Shown one piece after another: positions 12,501-25,855 of a stretch of DNA of 50,115 bases (within the stretch, counting starts at the first letter, position 1; the number at the start of each line of letters is the position of its first letter). Origin of the DNA: Chiloscyllium plagiosum (lineage: Eukaryota). Below the pieces are notes generated by a model that made no database searches, was not told where the DNA came from, and worked only from the letters and a program-made list of their open reading frames with translations. Location: assembly GCF_004010195.1 (NCBI RefSeq), contig NC_057711.1:76651817-76701931 (forward strand). The letters run 5' to 3'. The translations under genes and the position numbers were made by a program.

Positions 12501-13590
12501 CCAATTTAGAAATTGGGTCTAAAATCTGATTTCTTATGTGTTGTTACATGAATGCCTAATATTGAAGCTATTGACTGCAAATTGATCTTCTTGACCTTAT
12601 ATTATGGGACATATCATCATCTCCCTGTGCAATGTGGCAGGACAGAATGGCAATATGAACTTTTGAGTCAAGTACCATTAAGATCTCATATGTAGATGGA
12701 CAATAGTGAGTATCCAAAGAAGAGAACAAAAAATCTGTTTGCAGTGTTGTAAATTAATTTCATAAACTGAGTAAATCACAATATTTAGTTTCCTTTTATC
12801 ATTTTTCCATGTTTCCATGTTTTCAGTTAAGTTATCTAAAGTTGTTGGTGTTGCCTGACCATCATTAACAATCGGAATTTGATATTATAGGACAAGAAAA
12901 GATTTTTAAAGACATATTTTAAGCTTTCTGGAACCTTTGAAAAACAGTCCTCTATTGATAAAACTTAGAGAGTCTGAAATCTATTTTAACCAGCTCGAAG
13001 CTGCAACTTGCATTTCTGTGGTCTATATGTTTGTTTAAATGTGCCACACTTTGTGAATGTGTGCATGCTGCTATGTCAAAAGGCAGCACCATTACTAGTC
13101 AGTGAAGGGATAATGAAGATAGTGTAGGTATGAAGGATAGTGGCTTTTTATTTGGATTAATCATATGGCCTGGGGAAGGTGGTTGATTTCTTTGCTCTGC
13201 AGTGGGAAACAGTTATTGATTCAATAACCCTCAAACTGTTCATGGAAATCTCTCCTCATCTGTTTACCACTAAACAGTAATGCATAACTCAACATGATCT
13301 CCATCGCTGTGTAAAGGAACAACAGTAATCTGCAATAAATATAGAAGCAGCAAAAATCCAAAAATAATGACCATGTTGATATGACTTTATTTAAATAGTA
13401 GCTTTGAAATCGTTGCGCCATTTCTGGAAGCTGTGCCTGACACTGATGCAGTAGTTTTGGATGAGATTTTACTGCAGAAGATTTTTACTTTTGTTTGTAA
13501 GTTGTTTACATTGCTATAACTCTTTCAGACAGTCCCATTCTTAGCAGTAGAATCTTTGTAATTTGAGTATTTCCAAACTGGAGGTGATTT

Positions 13591-13949
13591 CATAGAATTC
13601 CTACAGTGTGGAAACAGGCCATTCAGCTCATTGAGTCCATACTGACCCTGCGAAGAGCATCCCTCGCGGACCCATCCCCACTCCCAACCTATCCCTGTAA
13701 TTCTGCATTTCCTGTGGCTCATCCAACCAGCCTGCATATCGCTGCACAGGATGGGCAATTTAGCATGGCCAAATTATCTAACCTTCACTTTTTTGCAGTG
13801 TGGGAGGAAACCGGAGTACCCAGAGGAAACCCATGCAGATATCGGGCAAATGTGCAAACTCCACACAGCCAGTCACCTGAGGGTGGAATTGAATTCAGGC
13901 CCCAAGCACTGTGAGGCAGCAGTGAGAATCACTGGGCCATGATGATGCC
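13591..13949 (-). mobile_element. HE1-type V-SINE
   Basis: GGGCAATTTAGCATGGCC and GGAGGAAACCGGAG core; collinear with 7578-7880. Confidence 0.9.
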
Positions 13950-14039
13950 TTCTATTTATCTTATGTGGGTTCACTCATGACTGTAGAGGCTGAAGTGAGA
14001 TTGTCATCAGTGTCCACAAAATTGATGGTTCATATTGTT

Positions 14040-15320
14040 ATTAGTAATTGGAGAACGCACTCAACCTGCGCCACCTTTAACTGACCCCTGGGCACTTTGG
14101 ATGCTACAAATTTAATGCAGAGGTTCCTTGAAGCATGCTGAACAAAATTTCAGTGCTAATCTCCTCAAGGGTTGGCTGGCTGGTGTTTTCTCAAAAGAGG
14201 TAATCTGAAGCGCAGGTGTTTGTAAGGCTCTCTTTTAGAGTGTCCTTGTATTGTTTTTGCTGACCAACTTGAAATTATTTGCCTCAAGGTATTTCCTTTT
14301 AAAGAGATGGTTAGGATATTGCAATCATCCATGTTAGAGACATAACCAATTGAGATAATGTATTTATTTGGTGGTCTGTATGCTGTTTACCACAGGACAA
14401 TGATTGACTTTGTTGGTCCTGTCATTAATTCTTATGATGGACTTCAGATGTTCTTGGTGAAAAGTGTTCCCCAACCTTCATGTGGAGCCTACAGCAGATA
14501 CATGATTCTGAAGCATTTCGTGGATGGTCAGGAAAATGGCTTGGTAGAGTTTGATTTTAGTCTTCAGTTTAATGTCACGTTGCTTCTAGACTTGATTATG
14601 AAGTCAGCCTTGGGCCAAACTTACTTTCTGGATACATGGCTAATACCGTTATCAACAGTAGCATCCCTAAGGTGCACAGTGGAAAGAATAAGAATTTTTC
14701 TACAATGTGAGACTAATGCTATCAATAGTTTTGCCTGGTGCTTCATAACATATACGTGGTACTGACCGAAACAGATAATCTTGGTTTTAGAGACACTGGC
14801 TTGGGGACCAAAGTTTTTGGCAGCGCTCAAGAATTTGTTTGCCATAATTTGAATAACATCCTTGTTGTGGGCAGTTAGGGCACATTAATCTCTATACAGA
14901 AGCTCTCTGATTTTAGGCCCTGTGACTTTGGTGAAATCTTGTAGTCAGAAAAATTGAAGAGTTTCCCTGAGTGGAACCTAATGTAGGTATCTGCAGAAGT
15001 GTCTCTGGCTTTGTTAAGCATTGATGCAAAGAAGAAATTAAAGAGTTAGGGAGTCATGATATATCCTTGTTTAACACCATTGGTTGTTACAGAGGTATGG
15101 GTCATCTCACCACAGGCACTAGCTGAGAGGCATGATCCATGTTTTTACAAAGTGTTGAAGCCCAGTTGTTGTAACCTTTCACTGAGCTCCTCAAAAGAGA
15201 CTCCAACATCCAGCAGAACTTCTGCCTCAAAACCAGCAGTTCATGTTAAAAAAAAAGCAGGAAAGACATTGTGTTTGCAGTATTTTGCAACATTAGGAGG
15301 GTCATATTGACTTGAATGTT
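14040..15320 (-). mobile_element. Decayed RTE-clade LINE (RT and C-terminal region)
   Basis: Minus-strand peptides NGVKQGY, IRELLYRD*CAL (YADD region), NKFLSAAKNFG..SVSKTKI and GQQKQYKDTLKESL are typical of RTE ORFs; many stops and frameshifts. Confidence 0.85.
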
Positions 15321-15479
15321 CAATCTACAACAGATGTTGCTGAGTTTCTTCAGCACTTTTTTTTAATTTCAGTCCTTTATATCTTGATGGGTGATTATTA
15401 TTGATGGTGTTAGCTCTCTGCTGATGAATCCAGCTAACCAAAAGTACGGTTAGTGGTAGACGAATGCTGAAATCATTAA

Positions 15480-15588
15480 TGTTGAAGGAGCAGCACTGTA
15501 GGCTAGTATTTCCAAATAAATCTGTTGGACTATACCCTGGTGTTGTGTCCACCCCAGTCCGCCACCGGCACCTCCACCTCCACATCAT
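15480..15588 (+). mobile_element. 3' end of a second Penelope-like family with a decayed HHR remnant
   Basis: GAAGGAGCAGCAC...GCTAGTATTTCCAAATAAATCTGTTGGACTATACCCTGGTGTTGTG...CACCCCAGTCC resembles a recalled shark PLE terminus. Confidence 0.55.
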
Positions 15589-15974
15589 GGAAATCTTTAA
15601 AGTTAGTGTGAAGTTATGTTGCCTGCATCAGAATGGGTTTGGCAGTTAATTACGTAAATCAACACATTGTACCTCTTAGAACTGAGAACATTTATCAGGG
15701 ATGTGATAAAGCCCATTGATCCAGCACCAAAGGTCAGTTGATTTTGTATAATAAACCATTTCCTTTCATGCATGATTCCCATTAGTCAATGTGTGCTTTT
15801 CAATGTCAAAATTACTGTGAGGCATGTGCATTTATGCTATTAGTTTTAAGTGTTTGAAACAACAGATATGGTTTAAGGGAATTATTTTCTTTACCACTGA
15901 ACAGCCAACTGCCTTTGGTAATCCCCCATCGCTTTATCAAAGTCTTTTCAGGATCATATTTAAAAAAGGAAATG

Positions 15975-16393
15975 TTATGAAGAAAGGCTGGATAGGCTGG
16001 AACTTTTTTTCACCAGAGTGTAGGAGGTTGAGAGGTGGCCTTACATACGTTTATAAAATCATGAGAGGTATATATAGGGCTAATGGTAGGTGTCTTTTCC
16101 CTTGGATGGGGAATTTCAAGACTAAGTGGCATTTTTTAAGGTGAGAGTAGAGAGATTTAAAAAAGACATGAGGGGCAAGGTTTTTATATGGAGGGAGTGA
16201 AATGAACTTCTAAGGGAGTGGTGGATGTGGACACAGTTACCATGTTTAAAAAACACTTAGATAAATACATGAATAGGAAAGATTTGGAGGGATATGGGCC
16301 AGGAGCAGGCGGGTGGGATTCATTTAGTTTGGAATTATGTCCAGGATGAACTGGCTGGAATGAAAGGTCAGTTTTCGTGCTGTATGACTATGA
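15975..16393 (+). mobile_element. CR1/HER1 LINE 3' fragment
   Basis: ECRRLRGGLTYVYKIMRG peptide; CR1 3' UTR and ATGACT tail. Confidence 0.9.
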
Positions 16394-16599
16394 AATCGCA
16401 ACACCTTATAGACATCCACAATGCATTTTATCGAGAAAGCATTGACCTAAAACTTTCCACAGCTTTCTTGCCATTATCCATCTAGTGGATATTCTTGCTA
16501 AGTTTTTCCTTCAGTTGTTGACATTTGATGGTCATCTCAAAGAAATCTCACCCTGAATTTTTGAAATCTAAGCTCAGTTAATTTACTTTAATTTCAAGA

Positions 16600-17500
16600 G
16601 ACCTCTTCTTCAGCTCATCTAACAGTGGAAGTAGCTGTCCCAGTGCAGTGCAAATGCACAGCATGAGGCACATTCCAAGGTCAAATATGACACCAGGTTT
16701 GCTCATCGCCTGATTCAGGCTCAGATAATTGCAAGGAAAAGGGACAGAGTCAATAGCTAAGGAATGGGGCTTGTAGTAGGGACTGAAGCCAGTGCTTTTG
16801 GTCCTTTCAATATTTATTTGGAGAAAGTTTCTATTTGTCAGTACTGGATATCAGTCAACAAGTCTTACAGTTCAGGGTGAGTGGAAAGGTTGAGCAACAT
16901 AGTAATGAGGGGTAGCATGTAGATGGGAAACAGCAGGCTGCCCAAGATAGATCCTTCAGGGACATTAGAAGTAACAGTGCTGGAATGAGAAGAGAAGCCA
17001 TTGCAGGTAACTCTGTGGCTCTGATAAGATATATAGTATAAGGAACTGAATGCTACCTATCCAGCTCAATGACATTGGAGAGACTTTAGAGGGGATGGAG
17101 TGGTCAACAATGTCAAAGGAGACAAAAAGGAATAGGCCTCCTTTATCTCGATCATGTATAAGTAATTTGGGCAAGAGCCATTTTAGTATTGTGATGAGGC
17201 AGAAATCTGATTGGAGAGATTCAAACAGGGAGCTCTTAGACAAAATGTGAGTACAGATTTGAGAAGCAACAAAATATTTAAAGAGGTAAGAGATAAAAGA
17301 GAACTGATCCTGGCATATTTGAAGGGGACCCTGACAGTCACTGTGACAAGTGAACTGTTGCCAATATCAGCAGTTGATATTGTCAACAGTTAAATGGTCA
17401 AATGTTTTGTTAAAATAGACTTCAGAAAGCAGGAGATACATCTCATGGGAAAGATTATCTTGGAAGTAGTGAGGGCAATAGACAAGAAGTTAAAGAACAA
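16600..17500 (-). mobile_element. Old L2-clade LINE RT fragment
   Basis: ORF 16965-17243 SLFESLQSDF...DRDKGGLFLFVSFDIVDHSI resembles L2 QSGFR..HSTETAL...LLDLSAAFDTVDH. Confidence 0.75.
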
Positions 17501-18984
17501 TCTAAGTTTAACTCATACTGAACCAAAACTCCAAACCTACACACTCCCAAAACCTGGCCTTCAGACCTGAAAGCTCCCCCGCTTCCCTCCATATCTGGGC
17601 TTGCCAAACTGTGCGACCCTGAGCCTTCACCCACTTACCTGCCATCTTACCCTCCTCCCACCTCCCAATGCCATGGCTCACTGGTATAATGAACTGGAAA
17701 TCAAACCCTATTATTCACAGAGTTGTCACAGAAGTTAAAATTTTTAAAATAAGTGTACAATATTTTCTAATTTATCTGATTTTCAGCCTGTGGACCAGGT
17801 TTCTGCACTTAACAGAAATTGCTATTAATTACAAATAATTAGGTTCAAGCTACAGGTAGTCAATTATGGCAATCAGCACTTAACATAAAATTGTAATGCC
17901 CTTATAAACTTTCCCTTACACACACACAAACAGACAGATAGATCGAGGGGAAAATCTGGAAAGACAATTCAGTAGTCTTTGTCCACAAATTGTGTTGAGT
18001 TGTGCTGATCTGAAAGTTTATTCTTGGCTTTCCTTTTCCAAATGTTTCCACTGATTTATAAGAGACACGGGGTGGCTGCTTCTTTAGCAAACTGTCTCTG
18101 ATGTATCAATTAATATCACGCTTATAGCAATTACTGAGGGCAAGATTCATTGGTTTTCTTCAAGTTTGACTGCATAGACCAAAGCGTTTTTCAATATCTT
18201 GCTCCCAACCTCAAGCTGTTCAGTTACCTGAGAACCAATCACACGGTTGTTGGCAGACAAAAGACTTTCGTCATCAATAACTGGTTACTCGTCCCTAAAC
18301 CAATCAACTCCTTCATGCCATCCAACTACATCGTACACAACTCTCTGCTCCTGTTCATCAACCACTTTAAATGTTGCTTGTTCAAACAGCTATTGATGAG
18401 CTTGCCACATGTATTAGCATACTTGCTTTTCAAAATATGCAGCCATTCTTTCAAAACACTAATTTTAAAATAGCTCTTTCTCATTTCTGTCCACAATTTT
18501 AAACAAAGTGAGAAAAGACACGGTCCTCACAATAACCCTGTCACTTAAAACTTTGCCACCCAGCTCACCTACCACCTTAATCCCTTACTCACTTATCCAC
18601 ACTCACTCACTAGAGATCATCAAATAATATTGAATGTTCGAACAAATAAGAAAAATAAATTGCACTTAGAATTATTAAATAAAAAGACATTTAGAATTTA
18701 AATTTAAATTAAAAATCATTGTACATACAATTAATCAATAATAATAATATTAAATGTTTAAAAAGAACAACAAGCTACATAATAACTACAGAAGTTTTAT
18801 TATACACACCATTCTCAGTTAATCTCTATACTGTTTGCTGCTACACATAAGGGGACCCCAGAACCTCTGGCATCATGTGGGGAAAACATAGTTTCATCTC
18901 CATTATGTTGTGTCAAGACTCTGAGAGTATCTGGATCAGAGGCTTGGCTGCATAAATCAGAGAAAGATAAATGGACATTTTTTG

Positions 18985-19550
18985 AAAATATTACCAGACC
19001 ATACAGGAATGTTCTAGGTCATTGTATCCTTGGCCTTAGTAATAAAGGCTTAAAGTACAAGGGCAAAGATGTTACTTTGAACTTGTACAAAACAATAGTT
19101 AAGCATCAACTTAAGTAGTGCATCCCATTCTGCGTGTTGTGCTTTGGGAAAGATTTAATGGCATTAGAAAAAGTGCAGAAAAAGTTCAAGAGAATCGTTC
19201 AAAGGATGAGGAAATTCAGTTACAAAGATAAGTTTTCTTACAGAGGAGATAACTGAGAGGAGGTTTGGTCATTGTATTCAAAATCATGAGGACAACATAG
19301 ACAGATGTAAAGCAATTTGAAAATGCATCAATATAAGGATTTTTTTCATGTGGTTAAAAACTGCATTTCCAGAGCGTGGAGTATATGGAAATTTATTTGA
19401 GGCACTGAAGAGGGAATTAGCCAGCTATCTGAAAAGGAAGAACATGCAGCATTACAGGGAGAAGAAATAGTCAATTTCTGATTCAGAGGGTCAGTGTCGA
19501 CATAATGGAATGAAAGACATCTTACTGTGCTGTCAGAGTTCTGTGATTCT
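18985..19550 (+). mobile_element. Old CR1 LINE 3' fragment
   Basis: Decayed LYKTIVKHQLK*CIPF and LRGGLVIVFKIMR motifs; CR1-type 3' UTR. Confidence 0.75.
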
Positions 19551-19589
19551 GAACTGGGATGCTTTATTTATATTAATATAAATTTTTGC

Positions 19590-19950
19590 TTGATTCTTTG
19601 TTGTTGGGATGTGAGTGTAGCTGGAAAGACTTATATTTATTGTGTAACCCTAACTGCCTTTGAGAAAGAATCACTTCATTGAACTGTTGCTGTCCATGTG
19701 GTGTATTTACAGTGTTATTATTGAGAGACATTTGATCTAGTGAATTTAAATTCAATGAATTAATAAAATTCTAGATTCAGCAATAATGATTATCATATTA
19801 CTGGATTATTTAAAAAACCCATCTGGTTCACATATATCCTTTAGGCGAAAAAACCTCCAGTCTGGCCTGTATGTGCTACCAGACTCATTGCGATCTGGTT
19901 AATTCTGATTTACCATCTGAAATGGTCTAACAAGCATCTCAGTTGTATCA
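19590..19950. mobile_element. L2/SacSINE1 tail (minus, about 19590-19740) abutting a Deu-domain SINE fragment (plus, about 19745-19950)
   Basis: AAAACCCATCTGGTTCAC...CCTTTAGG is the reverse complement of the core at 43530-43565. Confidence 0.65.
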
Positions 19951-20067
19951 GACCAGATCACAAAAGTCAAATAAAAAAGAAAAACAAAGAGACCACCTAA
20001 TATCTACTAAGACTCTGGAGATGACAATGACGGAGTTGATCCTATGAAGTCATCTTCAACATACACA

Positions 20068-20382
20068 CGTAGAATCCCTACAGTGCAGATAGAGGCCATT
20101 CAACCCATCAAGTCCACCCTAACCCTCCAAAGAGCATCCCCTGTTGTCTCTGTAACTCCACACTTATCATAGGTAACCCATCCAGCCTGCATATTCTCCA
20201 AACCCTATGCAGCAATTTGACATGGCCAATCTGCCTAACCTGCACATCTTTGGACTGTGGGGGAAAGCTGAAGCACTTAGTGGAAATCCATGCAGACAAG
20301 AGAGCGTGTACAAAATTCACCAAGGCTGGAATCAAATCCAGGTCTATGGTGCTGTGAGGCAGCAGTGCTAACCACTGTGCAC
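20068..20382 (-). mobile_element. HE1-type V-SINE (older)
   Basis: CCTAACCTGCACATCTTTGGACTGTGGG core; GCAGCAGTGCTAACCACTG head. Confidence 0.85.
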
Positions 20383-20399
20383 ACATACCACTGTACATA

Positions 20400-20940
20400 C
20401 ATACAAACAAATGCATGAAATCAGGGCTGTAGTAGGTCATTCAGACACCCAAGCCTGCTCTGTCATTTCGTAATATTGTTACTGGTCTGCTTACTCCATA
20501 TTCCTGCTTACCCCTAATAAACTTTCACATTCAATCTCAATAATGAGTGCACAAGAAACATGCCAAAAACAGCACTGGACATACCAAAATATGAGTTACC
20601 AAACTGGTACAGTGAAAACACAGGATTATGTGAACAGAAAATGCAGCATGTGATGAGCTAATCAATCCTACAACAAATGGGTTAGCCCTAAGTCCTATAA
20701 TCCTGTCACAAATTCAGTCATAAAACCCTTTATTGGCTCTACCTGCCCGCAATGTCCAGATGTGTAGTAAGAGTCGAGGGAATGGGTCAGAGAATCTTAG
20801 CAAGTTTAGAGTGGTGGAGTCTCATGATGCTATTTCAAGTGATGTGTAGGTATTGGCTCCCACACACTGCGCCACAGCACTTACAGCAGAGGTAGAGGTT
20901 ATATGGCTATGGAAAGACAGCCAATATACGAAAACTGCAA
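20400..20940. mobile_element. Degraded CR1 3' end (minus) followed by an L2-like fragment (plus)
   Basis: CR1 tail-like GTAGGTCATTCAG..CAAGCCTGCTCTG; downstream sequence resembles L2 ORF2 but is highly decayed. Confidence 0.45.
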
Positions 20941-21504
20941 ATGCACTTTTGGGTTCTTCTGAGCCAGAAGGCTTGGTTCAAGTCCCACCTACTCCATTTA
21001 TGTGTCATATTAAAACAGCTTAATTAAAAATATCTCCAACTACAGTTTTCTAAACTAGTGCCCTGATTTACTCTTCCTCTTTCTTGATTGAATTCCTTTC
21101 CACATTCCCTCCACTTACCTTCTCCACTTGGCCTTTTGGAATCTGGCCTCAGACAATCTTCCCCTTGCCCTTATCCTATCCTGGCCCTGCCAAAGGTTCC
21201 ACAGTATTCACCTTTGCCTGTGGATCCTGGCTGTTCTTTGCCATGTCTCAATGTTGTCCTTGCAGTGGGCATTACTCCACCTGGCAGTACTGAGACAAGA
21301 GACCTGCTGATCTATCAGATGGGCTGGCAGCTCTTGGAGGTGGAACTTGTTTCAGAAATCTGGTGGAAATTCTGCCCCATTCAATTAATGTTCCATACAA
21401 CCAAGGGTATCCGTCAGGAGCGGGGAAGAGGGGTGCAAGTTCCTGGCTGATTTTTCCAGTAGCGGGACAGTGAAATCTGCAATCAGAAAAATTCAAGTGA
21501 AAGT

Positions 21505-21835
21505 AAAATACTGCGGATGCCAGAAATCTGAAAAAACTCACAGAAAATGCTGGTGAAAGCTGCCAGAGGAAGTAGTGGAGGCTGGTACAATTACAACATT
21601 TAAAAGGCATCTGGATGGATAAATGAATAGGAAGGGTTTAGAGGGATATGTGCCATGTGCTGGCAAATGGGACTAGATTAATTTAGGATATCTAGTCAGC
21701 ATGGATGAATTGGACTAAGGGATCTGTTTTTGTGCTGTACATCTCTATGTCTCTGATTGTATAACTCAGCAGGTCCGACAGCATCTGTGGAGAGAGAAAC
21801 AGAGTTAATGTTTCAAGTTATTCAGAACTGAAATC
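21505..21835 (-). mobile_element. PLE terminal fragment interrupted by a plus-strand HER1 3' end (about 21558-21762)
   Basis: AAAATACTGCGGATGC...GAAAATGCTGGTGAAA|[LINE]|AACTCAGCAGGTCCGACAGCATCTGTGGAGAGAG; the insert matches 39960-40160. Confidence 0.8.
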
Positions 21836-23269
21836 TACATTTGTATCGATAAAATTCTGCCTGTAGCTTGTCTCTTCCAAAGATTTAAATTACAAATACA
21901 GATCAGGAGTAAAGCAAATATTGCAATGTCCTTTCAGCTTTATCTTTGCTGAGAAATTTCCTTTAAAAGCTGATCCCAACTACTCTAAGTTCTTTTTTAA
22001 ATTAAAAACTTGACTGTTAAAATAAATGCATCAAGACAATGAAACATTTAACTTATTTATATGAAATCAAAGCTTTTGTGATAAACAGGAGTATAGGAAA
22101 GCAATAACTGGTGCAAAGGCCTGCTTTAAGTTTCTTTAAATGAATCAGCAGATTGATACAAATCACTGAGTTTGCCAGATGTCGGGTTAATGATCTTCAT
22201 TCCAAAGCGAAAAGCTGCTAACATCATTGGATGCAATCCAACTTGGAAAGCAGCATTGTGAGTTCTTGGGTGTGTTTGAAATGACTTCATCATTCAAGTT
22301 TACTCAAGTGGGCAACGTGCAGTGTGACAACGTTACACATGGTAGACATTCTGAAAATTGCTAAACAGTAAAAATCTCTTGGCAAAGCAGGTACCAGTAT
22401 GGTTCAAATATCAGCAGGTGGGACATTGTGGACCATTTCATGATGGTGCTGGCTTGGTATCAACAGCCATGGCTAGGACTCAGTAAAACCAAAGCAAAAT
22501 ACTTTAGGTGCTGGGATAAAAAGGGAAAATGTTGTAAGTAGTGAGTAGGTCAGTCAGCATCAGTGAAGAGAGAAAGAGAATTAATGGGTTGAATTTTACC
22601 AGAAAGTAACTAAGTATTAATTTTGGTGAGGCTCATGGACAGTTTACCCTCTGAGACCTAGTGACATTTCTCAGGCTATTCTCCAAATCCCATTCTCTTT
22701 ACCTATGCACTGTGCCTCTGTGGCATCCCACTTGTCCAATTTTCCCTCTCATTAGAGGCACAAGTAATTGCCACAGCTGGGACCTTGGTATATTCCTGGT
22801 GCTGACACCATTTTTAAAAGCCCCCTGTTTGCCAGATCCATAGCTGCCCTTCATCAGGCAGGAGGGAACCAAAAACTAATGCTTTTGATGTAACACAGCT
22901 GAGCCTTCCTCGCAAATGCAAGTGTATGTTTGGAAATGCAATCCTATTTAAGAAACAAAGTACACCGGTTACTAGTCCTTAGGGTCATCCCATTTTAGAA
23001 TCATGTCTAAGGGAGTGCTGCTTTTACCCCAATGCTCCATGTAGGCTATTAATTTCTCATTCTTCAACATGGGACCATCACATACTGGAATTGTTCAATT
23101 GGATGAAAATGATCACCTTTATTTAGCAATAGCCAAAGCAAAACTAAAGCAAGTGTACAGAAGCTGCTTTTGCCTTTGTGATTGCTTGCCTTTTTCATTG
23201 CAATAAATTTATATTCAATGGACGATCATTTCACCCAACTCACATCTTTTTCAAATGGGTGTCAATTAA

Positions 23270-24110
23270 GTCCTGCCTGCTTTGTTAAAGGATGTTCTAT
23301 GATACTGTAGAATATCCTACAGTAGAGTACTCCATCTGCTGAGTTTCCTCATCCTTCTCCTCCTCAGAAGAGTGCTTCCACTCTCCTAGCTCCATCATAC
23401 CCCCTCTTTGCCTGTTCCAGTTGTATAGAGCACAGCATGCAAGAATTATGCAGCACCACCTGTTTAGGCTATACAGCAAGCCCCAAGAGCTTTCCAAGTA
23501 TCAGAACTTCATCTGTAGCAGGCTAATCCCCTGTTCCATAGTATCCCTAATGAAAGAATGAGCTGCATCATATCTACTTTTGGCCTCATTCAGGGATGGA
23601 TACTGGAGTCATCAGCAATGGTCACCGAGGGTCCCTGTAACCATCCTTGTAAAGCATTAGGACCTTGAAATGATGTGGGATCATGAAAATTCTCAAAACC
23701 TTAAACATCATGGCAACTTTGCACAGACTTTTAAGATGTGGTACACATGATCACAGTTGACTTGTACATTGATGAAGTGAAGTCCTTTTCTGTCCACAAA
23801 GTCAGTTGCATTTTGATCTGGTGCTCTCAATGCACATGTACACAGACTAAAGCACCCTGCACTGGGGCAAGCTAGTATGATGCCAAAGCCCGGGCTTAGC
23901 ACGGACCTCATTGTGTGGAAATGCGATGAAGTAGTGTGACCATCACGATTTGCACCAATAACAGCATTGTTGCATTTATGGGTTGAGGATTGAGAAATCC
24001 CACAAAGGTTTCCAGTGGAAACTTTGAAGCAGCCACTTACATAAATACTTCAGTGCAGCTGTCACCTTGGCAACTGGATAGGATGGCCACCCACTCCTTC
24101 ATGTCGCAGG
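23270..24110 (-). pseudogene. PIF/Harbinger (HARBI1-like) DDE transposase relic
   Basis: Minus-strand peptides GGHP..VAKVTAAL, GNLCGISQSSTHKC, VQGALVCVHV, ALRAP...FVDRKGLHFINVQVNCDH, CHD and LLYS...IILACCALYN, broken by frameshifts. Confidence 0.88.
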
Positions 24111-24540
24111 TATAAAGACTAACTTTTTATTTTTCTGTACTTTTGATTGTGGACTGAAATGTGAAAAGGGATGTTTTTAAAAAAATTAAGGACAATGGAG
24201 GAATTGCTGCACTTTTTTTAACACTTAGAGTAAATATTGTTTACATTGTTGTTTGATCAATCAGTGACACCAGTTACAACAGGTGGAGTGTTGCCAAGAA
24301 TGTGTACAAAGTAGCTTCGGCCATCAATATACAGCTGATTGGTCTACGGAGTGGAGAACAGTTGTTGATGGCAAACATGTTTTGTCTACCAACAACTATA
24401 TTGGCTCCTCAGTCACTGAACAGCTTGTGTGTGGGAGCAAGATAGCCAGAAGCCTTTAGACATCCAATAGGTGTCCTTTTCTCTGCCTTGAAAAACGACA
24501 ACTGCTCATTAGTGGTTACCTGCAACTAGAATCTATTTAT

Positions 24541-24872
24541 TGGGTGGCTCAGTGGTTAACACTGCTGCCACACAGTGTTAGGGACCCAGGTTCAATTCCA
24601 GCCTTGGCTAACTGTCCGTGTAGTTTGCCTATTCTCCCAGTGTCTGTGTGAGATTTCTCTGGACGCTGGGCTTTCCTCCCATGGTCCAAAGATGTGCAAT
24701 TTAGATGGAATTGACCAGGTAATGTCCAGGGATGTGCAGGCTAGGTGGGATAAATGTGGTTATTGGGATAGTCAGAGGGTGTGGATCTGGGTGAGATGCT
24801 GCTTGATGGGTCTGTGCAGATTCAATGTGCTGAATAGTTTCTGTCTCACTGCAAGGATTCTATGGTTGTACT
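24541..24872 (+). mobile_element. HE1-type V-SINE (older)
   Basis: A box GGTGGCTCAGTGGTTA, B box GGTTCAATTCC, CCAAAGATGTGCA core. Confidence 0.85.
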
Positions 24873-25367
24873 AAACAGTAGTCATTGTTATATGCAGAAA
24901 TCTTGTTCATGTTTTCTGTTAACCTGGATCTTGAAATATAGGTAAATTTGGAAATTTTGTATTCTTTTTATGAAATCTTTAGCTTTTGTGACCATTCTGG
25001 GAATAGCAAGACTTGATTTTCAACACGCTACTTTGGTGGGTCCACTTCAGAAGTTGGTATTGTTGAGTGTCAGTGTCAGGGTATCCTCAGTCTGTGCCAA
25101 CACTGCCTCCCACTCACTTGCAGGAAATGGCATTGAGGATTCTGACATTGTGCACACCCTGAGGGGTCCTTTACCAATGAACTCTTCATGTGAAGGCTGT
25201 TCGCATTCTTTCATTGGAGGTTGCTGCTGCTCTTGGACCTGCTGGAGCATCTGTTGCTCCTCATTTTCTGTGCTTTAGTTGCAGTGCAGCTACAGTGACA
25301 ATATCGCAGGTGGGGCTGGATTCATCAGTCATGCCTGTGTGGGGGGACCATAAGAAATATGACAAAT

Positions 25368-25855
25368 CATAGAGTCATCTATGACTCTGTGACAGGAATA
25401 GACCCTGTGGTCCAATCTATCCATGGCGACTAGGTTTACCAAACCAAGCTAGTCCCATTTGCCTGCAATTAGCCCATATCGCTCTAAACCTTTCCTATTC
25501 ATGTTCCTGTCCGAATGTCTTTTAAATGTTGTAATTGTACCTGCATCTCTGGCAGTTCATTCTATATTCAAACCACCCTCTGTGAGAAGAAGTTTCCCCT
25601 CAGAACCCTTATAAACCTTTCCCCTCTCACCTTAAAGATACACTCTCTGGTTTTGTACTGCCCCACTCCAGGGAAAAGACTTTTGATATTCAAGTTATCT
25701 ATGCTTGTCACGATTTTATAAACCTTTATAAAGGTCACCTGCCAAGCTCCTAGCTCCAGGGAAAAAAGTCACAGTCTATCCAGCCTCTTCTTATAAACCA
25801 AACCCTTCAGTATTGGTAACATCCTTTTAAATCTTTTCTGCACCCTCTCCAATGT
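25368..25855 (-). mobile_element. CR1/HER1 LINE 3' fragment
   Basis: Collinear with 6386-6870. Confidence 0.9.

Noticed and set aside
17686..18531. Possible minus-strand solo LTRs here and at about 5860-6385
   Set aside because: LTR-like composition and one ...CACA/TACA end, but no convincing second terminus or TSD
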